A stretch of DNA of 64,000 nucleotides, taken from contig OU015566.1 of NCBI GenBank assembly GCA_907165135.1, positions 7,068,001-7,132,000 of the forward strand, given 5' to 3'. The number at the start of each line of letters is the position of its first letter. Within the stretch, counting starts at the first letter, position 1. Position numbers and translations under genes: made by a program. The notes under the pieces were generated by a model that had not been told where the DNA came from, ran no database searches, and saw nothing but the letters and a program-made list of their open reading frames with translations. Positions 50,001-62,591 of the stretch are shown piece by piece. This DNA is from Oikopleura dioica (lineage: Eukaryota > Animalia > Chordata).

Positions 50001-53000
50001 ATTAATTGACTTCGCGAAGCATTTTCGACATCCACTTGTAATGGCTTAGTTGTTGGGTCATGTTTTAGAAGCCCTTGGAGAAAAAAGTGTACACAAAACA
50101 ACCCATTCAATTTTCAATTCAACAGATCCCGGATTTCACCATTTATCTTTCACTATGTTGATACGGTAGACAGTATTGTTCGACTTCCGAGGTCACAAGA
50201 CCTCAAAATAACGGGCTCCCAAGTAGCCAACTCCAATGTCAATCATTACGTAACCAAGTGTAATCCAGGGTGTCTAATTTGGACGGACAAAATTGGATTG
50301 GATAGTTGGATTGGCCAATTTTGGAAAATAGCCGGAAATTGGTTGGATCTGGCCCCGGTTTTTGTTGGATATTTCGGATTATTGGGCATTATTGGATAGT
50401 TGGGATAAATTGGAAATCGGGGCTAAAATGGGCAAATTGGCGACCAAAATAAATTGGAATACTGGAAAATTGTAGGGCAACCAGCCGAATCAGCCGTTTT
50501 GATCAAATTTTCTACCAAAAATACTCCTAAATTTAACCAAATAATGACTAAAATGAGTCGAATAATTGTACTTTTTGGTCCAAAGAGCAATTATTAAAGT
50601 CTTTCTTTTAGTTTGTTAGAGAAGAAATGAGAAAATAAACCGGATTTTTACCGGATTCGGATTTTTATTGGAATCGAAAAATAATTGGAAAATTGGCTAA
50701 ATTGGGGAATTCCATAATTGGCAAATTATTGGATTATCGGGCTAAATTGGAATTGGATTGGATTTTGGCCGGATCAGACTCGAAAAAATTATTGGCCGGA
50801 AAATGGTCGGCCAGATCCGGAAATTTTGTCCAATTTAGACACCCTGGTGTAATCTACCGGTACAGACAATATCTGGGCCCAACAACCTGTGTAGAAACCC
50901 TGAGTGAGGATCTAAAAGATTACCAACTCAATCAAAAATTCTTGAGAAGATCTTTTAGACCCTGACTCAGGTTTTCTGCTCAGGTTGCTGAGGCCAGGCC
51001 AATACATTCCTTTGAAATGAGACCAAATAAAATATACTTTCTGTATTTTCAATCGAAAGCCATTCCTATAGGTTCATCATCAGCAAGCTCAACAAGTTGA
51101 CTCTGGGCCTCTTGAATCCTTTCGGAAATATATTCCACATGTTCGTCGTTTTGAAAGGACTTCAAAACAGGCATTCAGAAAAAGAGGATCATCCGCTTCT
51201 TACCTTGTCATCTTCGAGAGACTTTCGTTCCGCCAAAAGCTTTTCTAGCTCATTTTCGACATCTTTCTGGGTTTCTCTGGCGGCGATGGCCGATCGGATT
51301 TTTTGCTGAGTAACCGACCACATCTTTAATTTCAGATTAATACTTGAAATTCCAATTTGACTAAGAGTCAATTCGAAGTTACGGTAAATCTTTGGAACGA
51401 TAAAATCCGAGTTTGAAAATTATGCAAATTCCGTCGATAAGAATCAAATAAAATCTTTGAACCGCGTATTTATGTCAAAACTGAAAATAAAATCTTACTT
51501 TACTGTAGTTGGCTCTGGAACGTGTTTGTGGTCTGATGTTGCCGGGCTGTTGTCTCAATCCGTTCCGGGGGGGATTTCGATGGCAGACCGTTTTTACTCG
51601 CCGCGTTTTTCACATTTTTTAACTGAGAAGAGGAAACCCAAATTTCCTACCGGCAAAAAAAATTTTTTCCTCAATTTTTTTCCCGAAATTATAAGTTAAA
51701 GATCAGGCATTATTCTTGAGGAGCTCAATTTTTTTCGGTAAAAGTGAGAGCTTGAGTTTTCCTTTCCTGTAATTTCAGCTCATTCACAGCTTTTTCCGAT
51801 CTTTGCAATTTTTCCTCAGTCGATTTTTGCTTCAAATTAGCAGCTGCTGCGTTTGTTTCCGTCAATCTCATCGACTTCTTCAATTTATTCAGCTCTTTTT
51901 GTGTCTTCATCTCTTTTTCTTTGAAAATTTTTGCATCGTCGCGCATTTTCTTGATCAAATCTACTTTTTGGCGTTTCATTTCTTGCAGCTTCATTTTTGC
52001 GTCTGCCAGTTCTCTTGATTTTGCTTCTTCTCGTCTTGACAGCTTCTCGTTTTCAATCTTCTGCTGCTGGAGTTGTTTCAGATCATTTCTGAGCAGCGAT
52101 AGTTTTTGCTCCATTTCGCGGATTTTTTCTTTCGACCGAGGATCTTTGTCGCTCTTGTCTTTTTGCTTGGCCAGAGCTAGATCACGTTCTTTTTCAGCTT
52201 CCTGGATCTTTGTTTCGAGGATTGAGAGCTGGTTTTCGTACTTTTTTCGTTGATGTTCTAAGTTGGCCATCGTTGCTTCGAGTTGGAGGACGAGTTGTTC
52301 TTTCAGGTCGATTTCGTTGCTAAAAATAAATATTTAGAAATTTCTGTGCGAGGAAAAAAAACAATTTTAGAAGTCCCTAGATTTATTCAATTCTGGAAAA
52401 AGAAATCTTGATAGTTGGTTTGATCCAACCAGCGTAAAAGAAGCGCTCTAGATTTACTTGATAGCGAATCGCGGGAAATTTCTTCGTTTCAGATCGATAT
52501 AGGCTCCGCACATTTTAGATTTTGAGATGGAAAAGTTTTGGATCGAGGGAGAATATGTAGCCGAGAAAAACAATTCTAGTGAATGCTCTGATTGTAACCG
52601 GTAGGATTTTTGTAAAGAATCAAACTCTCGGATTTTTGTTTTCGAATTAAAAAAATGACCTGCATTTAGTTACTTCATGAAAATGTATTCCAAAAAGAAT
52701 TGGAATGACAGATGCACTAGATGTGCCCAGACGATAATTGATTGCGATCCGGGTTACGTACAGTATAAGGGCGGTGCCATGAAACTCATCACTTCAACAT
52801 TCATTTGCCCCGCAAAGAAATGCTCAGCGAGAAATCTCTCCTTCGAAGACTTTATAACTGGAAATTGTTGTCCGAAAGGATTCATCAAATCAGCTGAGGA
52901 TCATTTTAACATCACTGATGAGTACCAACTACTTGAAAAGGCCAATCAACTATTCAAAGATTCAACTGACAAGCAACACTCATCCCTTGCTGAAATTTTT

Positions 53001-56000
53001 AACGCAAAAAAAGTCGAAAAAGAAGCTCAAGAAAAATTGATTGCTGCTAGAAAAGAAGTCATGATAAATGAAAGGAAATACGAGTCTTTGGCCGATCAAA
53101 GCAAGATCTACAAGAGATTCGCAGAAGTTGCAATGTCCATGATCTCTACCGCAGTGGCGCGAAAAGGTTTTCATGTATTAGCAAACTGAAGTTCATGCAA
53201 TGAAAAACTTTACTACAGTATATTGACGATGAATCTTAAGAGAATTCTGATGATACAAAAGCGTGCAAGATTTGCTTTGAAAATTACGACAGTGGAACAA
53301 AAATAGAATCTACTCTTCACTGTGGCCATCGATCCTGCCTAAAATGTCTCAATGATCTCTCTCTGAAAACATGTCCGATTTGCCGAAAAGAATTCACAAA
53401 AGACCAAATTATCAAGCTTTACTGAAGTAATCAACAAGGTAACATATATTTTTTCTATCTACATTTTAATCGTTCACTAGCACCAACGATCGGGAAAATC
53501 CAAAAATCTTTAGCTGACTATTGAAATTAAAACTTTGAATAATTTGAAAATAGATTTTAGTTTTGAAAGCATCAAGAAACCAATCATGTTGCAACCTTTC
53601 ACAGTTAAAAAATAACTTTAAACTTACGTGATATCAGTGAGCTCATTGTGTTGTTCCGCCGCATTCAAATCATATTCAATGATTCCTTCGTCATCAGAAG
53701 GCGAGTGATCATCAAAATCATCGTCAAATTCTTCCTCTTCCCCGTGCGATTCCGATTCCCTCTGCGAATATTCTGCGCTCGTCTGAACTCCAGCTTTTCG
53801 CAGCTCAATGTCGTACTTTGCTCGTTCTATGAGTTCCTTTGGATTCTAGAGGGGGATCAAAAAGAGGCGATTTATTTTAGAAAAGATAAATTCGGATCCC
53901 GTATTCTGCGTATTGAGCGTGGCAGTTTCCCTTGCGCTGCCGATCCTCGGCCGTGCATTTCGAATCTCAGCTTGTGTAAGGCGATTTTTCAGATCTTCAA
54001 TTTGGGCAAGATAATCCGCAACGACTTTTCGGCCTTCTTTGTCTTTTGAATCGACGTTTTCCATTTGCAGCGCTTTTTTCTCGATTTCAAAAATGAATAA
54101 AAAAAACTTGAAAAATTCATTTTTACGATGGTCGGATTATGAGATATAAAACCCCCCTTTTGACCTTTTTCTTCCATGTTTTTTTTCTTTCAAAATCGTT
54201 GCCTATTAATCTCTCTTTCTGACGATCAACAGTGTCCTGCAGCTCTTTTATCTTTTCCTTGAGTTTCTTGATTTCTTCCTGAAGCAAATAATTCTCCTGA
54301 AACATATCGTTGTAGCCAGCAATGTCGACAGATGAGGAATTGTCTCCAGCCCCTAGAAAAGTATAAAAGATTGGCTAATTGGGTGAATAAGCCTTTGTCA
54401 ATGACTTCTGAGAAGATTCACTGATCTTTTGAGGATTCGTTTTATTGGCTATTATTCTCCTCTTTTGTGAGCCCTGCAAATTGTTATCGATATTGCCAAG
54501 AGAAAGAAAGAGATAAGATTTGGGGACCAAAGATTGGGCTCGGTAATCTTCAGTGAGCCAAGATCCAAGAAAAATCATTGTTGATACCCTTATTCTCATA
54601 AATTTTCTTACCATTTACAGCTTTGGCGCCATTAGTCTTGTAAAGCGCCAATTCAGAAAGTGCTTGAGAAAGTTGAGTCCGAAGTAAAGCGAGTTGTTTT
54701 GATGAAGAATCTTGGTTTTTAGTAACTTTGTTTTGAATGTTCCTCGCTCGGTTGGCGTATTTTAGCGTGTTGAGTGTTTCCATAAAGTCCGAGTCTGATG
54801 GGGAGACGCAGGCGATCATGATAGTACGAGAATTGCCTCCCAGTGAGTCTTGAAGAAGACGGGTGATTTTCGAGTCGCGGTAGGGCACGTGCTTTCGTTT
54901 TTGCGACGCATCTCCAAGGGCAGAAATGACATTGCCCAAGGCGAGCAAGCCCTGATTGATAGAGATTCCTTCCTTTGCTCTGTCTCCTGTAGCACCAGTT
55001 CGTTTCAGCCGCTCGGAGCCAGCCAAGTCGACAAAATGAAACTTTGCAGAGACGGTTTCTAGATCCAAATTTTTATTTTCTTTTTCATCTGAATTGCAGG
55101 GAGCAGCGCGGGTTTGTTTGATGTTGAGTGTAAAGACGGCGTGCGAGCGAGATGATTGAGTGTTCATCTTTGTCGAAGCTGTTGTTCTGTTCAATGCGCC
55201 TTGTTGAAGCAATTTCATTGTGTCTTGATAGCTCTTTGTATCGACAGCTTTTAACCCGTCCGCGACGATGGAGCCGTCTTTTTCGTGAATGCGGACTTTT
55301 TCGTTGCCTTCTGGATTGAACAAGTCGTGCACCTCTTCGTTGTAGATTTCCATGAATTGGACGGAGATGAAGAAATCGGGCTTGATGCTATCTTCTTGAA
55401 TGGCTTTCGCCTGGCGAGAATGGACTCCGTCGAAGATTTGGCGAAGAGCGCGGGGGATCATTCCTTCTTGCTCGCTTTAGGGGGTTAAGAAACAAGCATG
55501 GTTGGGTGTTATTTTTAGAAACCTAAAGCTAAAGCTTTTTTTCTGAAAAATTGACGTGAGAAAGAAATGCAATTGACAAACAAACTCGATCAGTTGGAAA
55601 GCACGAGCTAGAGGGTACGAAGGATCTTGTATGAAATTAAATTAATAAGAAACTCAGCTGTGCTTAAACCGTTCCTTGGCGTGTTTAGCTCAAAACCGGT
55701 GCCCATGGTGTGTGTTTTTCCAGCTCCTGTTTGGCCATACGCAATTACCGTCGCGTTGAAGCCATCGAAGCATCCTTCTACAAGCTTCTGCACAGAGCCA
55801 GCTGAAATATTGTTAAAAATTTTATTTTCCTAAGGATCGTCAAACTTACAGTAAACCTGCTGCTGCGAGTTGTCAAGATCAAAGACATAATCGTAGGTGA
55901 ATTGCTTGTCCTTGCCGAGCGTTATCTGCGGCTCTCCAGTGGTGACGAAGGTGCATATCTATTTCAAGTGTTACCAACACAGTATCAAAGCAAAATTATT

Positions 56001-56410
56001 CAAAAGCGTTCGGACAAAAATTACAACCCACGACAGGTTGTCCGCGGTGTTTTTTCTTTGAAAAATGAGTACAGTAAGTGACTGGGGCAGAATTTGGAAC
56101 ATTTATATTTCAATGACAAAACTCATCAAAATTAAATGATTAAGAAAATAGTTTTCTTCCTTGATTTCAAAGGACTAAAATTTTGATAAAATTATTTTAT
56201 TGGCTATAATTCGACAAAAAAGGCAAAAAATCTAATTTCCTAGTTATTTTTGGCCTTTACTAACGCCCAAATCTCAAATTCCGATTTATAGAGTGACACC
56301 CTTAAAATTTAGGAGAAACTTACCCTTGAGCCTTCAATTTGCTCTCTGGCCAGCTGCGGCCGGATTCGGATAGCAACCTTCACCGATGAATCATCTCCAC
56401 CAGGAGCCAT
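47051..56410 (-). CDS. KIF21: Kinesin-4 family KIF21-like motor (motor domain, coiled coil, WD40 repeats)
   Basis: [57 protein letters not shown] (P-loop), [31 protein letters not shown]; a long coiled coil; WD40 repeats ([41 protein letters not shown]). At least 18 exons. Confidence 0.93.
48925..49527. mobile_element. hAT-like MITE inserted into KIF21 coding sequence (putative transposon-derived intron)
   Basis: TIRs CTGGGCTCGG(C/T)AAACTG; 8-bp TSD CTTAGAAC at 48917-48924 and 49528-49535; interior rich in CCTGT repeats. The KIF21 frame is open and continuous across the empty site. Confidence 0.85.
50266..50846. mobile_element. hAT-like MITE (CAGGG TIR) in a KIF21 intron
   Basis: CAGGGTGTCTAA...TTAGACACCCTG; 8-bp TSD GTGTAATC at 50258-50265 and 50847-50854; interior (A/G)ATTGG repeats. 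Confidence 0.85.
50873..50997. mobile_element. Short older member of the CTGGG-TIR hAT-like family
   Basis: CTGGGCCCAACAACCTG...CAGGTTGCTGAGGCCAG; degenerate 8-bp flanks GACAATAT / GCCAATAC. Confidence 0.55.
52527..53425 (+). CDS. C-terminal RING-HC (C3HC4) E3 ligase with N-terminal Zn-binding cysteines and a coiled coil, nested antisense in a KIF21 intron
   Basis: Exons 52527-52600, 52670-53166 and 53241-53425 (GT-AG, in phase). [28 protein letters not shown]. The host intron spans 52320-53627. Confidence 0.85.
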
Positions 56411-58035
56411 ACTAAAAGTCCGACATCGACACTCTCTGAAAAAATATACGTTTTAGTCTTCTCTCAATTTCTAGCAAAAAAACAATTAGATTGGTGAATA
56501 GTCTGTAAATTGGTTTCCAGAGGCTAAATTGTCTCTTTTTCAAAAATCACGTGAGAAGTGCGCTTTTGGAAAATGAGGATATCCATTTCAAAAAAGAATG
56601 ATGAAATTGTCAAATTGTTGAATTGTCGAAAACACGAAGAAAAATCGAAGGCGGGTTTGCCATCTGCTCGACTTTGGATTTTCCGGATTAGGCTATTATT
56701 CGATAAATCTTTGCCCGACACAGGGGGTACACCACTTGCTTTTGTTATTTTTGACAAAAATGAGCCTCTCAGATTTTAAGAAAAAAGCGGATGAAAATGG
56801 AATTAAAATTGACCATCTTTCTTTCTCTCTTTTCAAAGTTGCGGCCAAGTTTATTTGATTAAAAGCTGAAATTAGCGGCTGGAGAGTTGTAAAATATAAA
56901 TAGTTGGTGGCCTTGAAAAATGCTTCTTTTTTATCTTTTCTTCAAAAATTCTAAAAATTTTAGAGCGCGTGATATCTTTAAAAATTTATATTTTCACCTC
57001 ACTGTATCTCACTATATCAGCTCGGCAGGTGATGGATTTATCGCCTCACGAAAGTAATTCTAAATTTATTTTTCTTTTTCGTGTTCAATATTTTCTCTTG
57101 AAGGAAAAAGATTCTCTTTTATTTTTGAAATTTGAAAATTTTCAATTTTCGATTTGTTTTGATTCTCGCGGTGGGTTTTTGGCGGAGGAGGAGGAGACGT
57201 TTATCTCTGCTGATAACGCCTCTTCGGAGCTCGGCGGGCCATTCAAGGGTCATTTAAAAGTTGAGAAGCTGATAAGAACTCTAGAAGCGATTTTCCGACT
57301 TTGAGATTAAAACAATTATATTCAGCAATGATGAAATCATAAACGATAGTTTTTATGATTAATAAAACAACCAATTTTTATCTTCAAAAGAGTAATAAAA
57401 AGGACTCTCTTGATCGAAAAAGGATGTTTCAATATCATAAAATTCGCATATCGAATTCTCCGAATTCTTGAATCTAAAAATAAACATGACACTTCATATT
57501 TGTATAGAAATTCCGGAAGTTGAGTCTCATTTTGGGTCAAATATCTCTGGTAACAAGCTTCGATGAACGTCAGAAAAAATTGAAAGGGATGCAAGGCGGA
57601 AGTGTTTTAAAAATTCATGAAAGATAAAAAATTTCTGAATAAATAAAATTTACAAAAAGCCGCTCTTTGTCGGTTTCACTAAAGAGAATACGAAAAAATA
57701 ATAGAGTGGATGAGTGGCGAAGATGAATAATTTATCGCAAGTTTCGGCTGTCTTTCTGAAAGACTCGTGCTCACGCGTAAGGACATCTGTTAAATGCCGA
57801 GATCTGTGGAGCCGATGCCATCACGCACTGCTCCGCTTACGGTGTTACAGTAAGTCACGCGCACAGTTGTGTCTCGGCAATTATTTTTTCCGATAAATTT
57901 GAACTCGATCTTCGATTCTTCTGCCTCAATTCCAAATGCCAATTATAATAATAATTGAATTATTGTCAATTGTTGTTCCTTTCTTACTGTAGTTATAAAC
58001 AATAGAATAGCCGTCTTATAAAATAACTTTCATAA

Positions 58036-58166
58036 AAAGCCGCGTAACAGCTTTTCTAACAACAAAGCCGCAAAGCGGCTTCGCAAAAATCTAAAAATAG
58101 ATTGAAGCGATAATCTTGCCGAAGCCGCTATGCGGCTTCGTTTTTTGATAAGCCGCTTTGCGACTT
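58036..58166. repeat. Cluster of AAGCCGC..GCGGCTT short palindromes (degenerate MITE-like)
   Basis: Repeated AAGCCGC/GCGGCTT units; a similar single unit occurs at about 41043-41060. Confidence 0.45.
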
Positions 58167-59280
58167 TAAATAATTGCTTTTTAGAAGGGTCTTCTACCTT
58201 TTCTGACGAATAAGGTACGATCAGAACTGTTCCGCGTTGAAATAAAAATGCTTGATACAAAATTTTCTCGATTCAAAAAGCGAACGGCGTCGGAATCGGT
58301 AAGTAGCCCCCTGAATTGGCATGTGAGATGGATTAACCATTGTCTTCCCCTTCTTTCCGTTGATTTTTCAAAAACTACTACCGGCAGTGTTCTATTGAAA
58401 AATACGCTCTGTGATCTTCTGTTCAAGTTTCGATTTAAAAAAGAGTCGTTGGAATCATTTTCGTTCTATCTGACTGTAATTCGCTCTCGCTAATGGAGCT
58501 GTTCTTAGTTCGATTCCCAAGGGATCATTTACGGGGTGATAAAAAGGATCGTTTTAGGCAATTACAGTCATTTTCGATCATTTCTTTCTGATTATTAATT
58601 ATTCAAAAAAAAATAATTTTTAAAACGCAAATAATAATAATTTTAATAGATGACAATAGAAATTGACAATCACTATTCAAGTTCCTTGGCAGAATTATAA
58701 GATAAAAACTCCTATATGCAGCGCTAGAATTTTCCTCCTTGTTGTCTTCAATTCTCTATTCTTCCGGATCTTCTTTCTTTTTATCTCTTTTTTTCATCAG
58801 TTTTCCAATTAAAAAACTCCTTTTTTCAAGAAGAAAGGCTCAATTCTATTCAATTCTTTTTCATCCTTTTTTCAAAAAAATCGGATTTAGCCAAGTTCAG
58901 TATTTTCGCGCTGATTAGCCGCGGCCAAGTTGAACTCTCCCAGCGCCAGCAGCTCATGAGTCATCTGTTTCTCAAAAAGCGGGGGCGGTGCCAGCGCGAA
59001 CGCTATTGGCGCAGAGGAAACAGGACAAATTCACTTTTTCTAATTTCATGTTTCTATCAGATTTTCCAGTATTTCGTAGAGATTTATCAGAAGATTCTTT
59101 TGTCCTGCATTATATTTGAAAGATCACTCGTATTTCTACAGCTCTATATAGTAAAAATAGGGAAAAAATCAATTTTTCCTATGCAAACGGACTATTTATA
59201 ATGAGCTCTAATTTCTCGATCAATTTTCGGTCTTAGTCTATTCTAAGTTCCATCTGTTCTAGTTTTATCTAATCTCCCCC

Positions 59281-59288
59281 TTTTTCAG
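59281..59288 (+). promoter_or_regulatory. Unpaired 3' acceptor (putative spliced-leader trans-splice site) upstream of RPSA
   Basis: TTTTTCAG lies 16 nt before the ATG. SL trans-splicing is known in larvaceans, but a cis-spliced 5' UTR intron is not excluded. Confidence 0.45.
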
Positions 59289-59304
59289 ACCGTAATCAGA
59301 CCAA

Positions 59305-60435
59305 ATGTCCTCCAACTTGTCCGTTCTTGCTCCCACTGAGGCCGACATCCGTCGAATGATCGCCGCCCGAGTCCACCTCGGCGACGTCAACCACGACCAC
59401 CGAATGGGCCAGTACGTCCACGGCCGAAACCAGGCCCAGAACCACATCTTCAACCTTGGCAAGACCTGGGAGAAGCTCATGCTCGCCGCTCGAGCCATCG
59501 CCGCCGTCGAGAACCCAGCTGATGTTGCTGTCATCTCTGGCAAGCCCCAGGGTACGAATCTTTTAGCCTGTCAACAACATTAACCCTTCTTTTGTTCAGG
59601 TCAGCGAGCCATCCTCAAGTTCGCCGCCAAGACCGGTGCCACCCCATCGCCGGCCGATACACCCCTGGTGCTTTCACTAACCAGAACCAGAGCTCCTTCC
59701 GAGAGCCCCGACTCCTCATCGTCACCGATCCCCGAGTCGATCATCAGCCAATCACTGAATCTTCTTACGTCAACATCCCAGTCATCGCTCTCTGCGACTC
59801 TGACTCTCCAGTCAAGGTAAGAAAAAACATCTTAGAAAGCCATCGTTACAGTCGTTTCTCTTCTTATTTCACCGCTAGAAAACTCGCCTCTAGTATTGAT
59901 GAACCTCAATTTAATATTCATATTCTGAACCATTCATCTGCGTTCAAAATCATTTATATGCCGTTTTGTTTTGAAAAATGACTGTAAATAACATTTTTTG
60001 TGGAAAACCAGCTTCTTCTTGAAACCTAATTATTCTGTTTAGTTCGTCGACATCGCCATCCCCTGCAACAACAAGGGTGCTCACTCCATCGGTTTGATCT
60101 GGTGGACTCTCGCCCGAGAGGTCCTCCGACTCCGAGGCACCCTCAACCGATCCACCGAGTGGGAGCGAGAGATCATGCCCGATCTTTTCTTCTACCGAGC
60201 TCCCGAGGAAATCGAGAAGCAGGAACTCAAGGAGCGAGAGGCTGCTGAAGAGGTTGGCGGCGAGACCCAGGACTACGTTCCCGATGCTCCCGTCATCCCA
60301 CTCGACGGTGACTGGCCAGAGGAGCCCGCTGCTGTCGCCACTGGCGGTGACACCAAGGTCGCTGACTGGGAAGCTCCAGCTGAGAAGACCGAAGCCGCCG
60401 GCGACTGGGGCGAGCAGGACGCCACCTGGGAATAA
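59305..60435 (+). CDS. RPSA: 40S ribosomal protein SA (uS2)
   Basis: Exons 59305-59551, 59600-59816 and 60043-60435. Motifs: [87 protein letters not shown]; acidic W-repeat tail. Confidence 0.97.
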
Positions 60436-60676
60436 ATCACCATCCCTCCCTTCTCCCTGCAAAATGGACAACAAACAATGGGCACCTTCTACTACCGGTC
60501 GATTATACTTCACGAACACTACTGCGGTGGGGAACGATTCTCCTCCGAACGCGTTATTATTTCGCCCGTTTAGGGACTGCTGTTTGACTGTTTGTTGAAA
60601 TAAAATCTTGACCCAGTAGATACATCAAAAATTGTGTTGAACTTTTGTGATATTGAGTTGAGAATTTGAGATTGAC

Positions 60677-62591
60677 ATGAAAATCGCCGGTTGTTTGTTG
60701 AGTTTGTTCGGTCTCGCCCTAGCAGAGCAGGCTTACTGGGATGATAATCCTGGATTTTTGAAGAGGTTCGTCTGTTCTTTTGTCCTTGTAGAGGGACCGC
60801 ATAATACCGGTAAGACCACCCCGGAAAGAAGGGCAGGACTTTCTACATTCCTGTTCTGTTCGGAATGGTCTTAAAATAAGCTTTCTCTGTAGCTTCAGAA
60901 ATCACCCCTAATTTCTTTCCTAAGATCGCATTCCCTCATCCCTCCCCACTCTGGAAACCTACCTCTTTGGGAGCTAAAAGGCGATACAATGGCTACTTCT
61001 GAATACATCCGACTCACTCCTGATCAGCAGTCGAAAACTGGCGGTCTCTGGAGCCGAGTGGTAAGTTTTACAGCCTAAGAAAAGGCGTTAAAATCATTTC
61101 AATTAAGCCAATTACGTTTCCCTGGTGGGAGCTGCAGCTTGCATACAAAATTCACGGTCAAGGCAAGTCGATTGCCGCTGATGGGCTTGGAATGTTCATC
61201 ATCAAAGAGAGAGGCCAATTCGGTTCAGCACTCGGCGGGCCGAGCACTTTTACTGGCTTCGCGGCGCTGATGGATTCTTACAAAAACGGAGGACAAACTG
61301 GAAACTTCCCACAGGTTAGAAAACCATGGAAAAAAAGGAGGGATAGAAGTTTTTCTTTTAGATTTCTGGTTTTGTGAACGACGGAAGCTGGAGCTTCAAT
61401 CACGACAACGACGGTGCTGATCAAAATATTGGAAAGTGTCTTTCCGGCCACAGAAATAAGAAAGACAACAGTTTACTGCGAGTCAGGTGCGTGTGACTGA
61501 AATTTATTGGGATTCTGAAGCAAGGGCTTATAGAAAGAAGGAGGGACTATAGTCTATAGAATTCCGTTTCTTGGCTTTCTACCAGGTCTTTTTCTGCGTA
61601 GTCTGAGAAACTAAAGTTGTTTTCGATGAAAGGCCTTTTGGATATCTTACGTATATAATTCTATAAATAAATAATTCTAATAAATAATAATAATTCTATA
61701 TTCTATAATTCAAACGCATGACTGACGTGCGAGGATACTTTTAGTTACAGTAGATTACCGTCTGCGAGAACAAGTACTAGTCTAGCCCCCGACTAGTAAG
61801 ACTTTGGCTGAAATTCACTCTTCCTTCGAATCCCTAATGACGTTTTGGAGAGTTTTCAAAGAAACCGAATGGCTTTAGTTATCCGATATCTCGATATTGA
61901 GATTTAAAAACCGATTTTCAGATACATCGACGACAAATTAACCGTCAAAGTCGATCCAGACGGAAGCGGCGACTTCAAGAAAACCTGCTTCGAACTTGAC
62001 GGGGTAAAACTTCCGACCGGCCTCTACGTTGGCTTCACAAGTGCTACTGGAGATTTGACAGACAATCACGACGTTGTTTCGTTTAAAATTTGGCAGCTGG
62101 ATTCAAAGACTGATGCTGGACAGAGACACGATATGAAACCTGAAGTGCTCAATCTTGCGCCGAAAGAAGCTGTCAAAGGTCAGATTTGAGTTTATTTTAG
62201 CAGTAGATTTGAAAGCAAACGGCTTCCTATGGGACTAAAAATAACTCCTGCAGATGTTTCATTTTCGAAATCATAAAAATGTAAATTTTTCCATTCGGAA
62301 TTCGAATTTTAGATCAATTTCATTCTCATAATGACGAAAATCTTATTTGAGCTGATTTTATATCACAAAATCGAACCACCATTGACCTTATTCAACCCCC
62401 TTGACCTAAATCTCCGAACAATCTTCAGAATAAACCAGCCCGGCTATTTATTTACCCCCTTTTCAGACAAATCATCCTCCGGTGGAGGCTGGGGCTTCAT
62501 CACATTCCTCCTGATCCTGGTTATCGGTGGCGGAGTTGGCTTCTACTACTACCAAGAACGAGAAAAAGCATCTGCCAAGCGCTTTTATTAA
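60677..62591 (+). CDS. LMAN2: L-type lectin cargo receptor VIP36/VIPL-like
   Basis: Exons 60677-60765, 60925-61060, 61108-61314, 61362-61486, 61922-62178 and 62467-62591. Signal peptide, LKRSHSLIPP, YIRLTPDQQSKTGGLW, ADGLG, GFTSATGDLTDNHDVVS, TM, and C-terminal KRFY. Confidence 0.92.

Noticed and set aside
56558-56779. Ankyrin-like fragments (NDEIVKLL, GGTPL)
   Set aside because: Motif order and spacing do not form a repeat, and no consistent exon chain could be built.
59950-60598. Long overlapping ORFs (59950-60519 minus, 60254-60598 plus)
   Set aside because: These are alternate-frame or antisense shadows of the GC-rich, codon-biased RPSA last exon.
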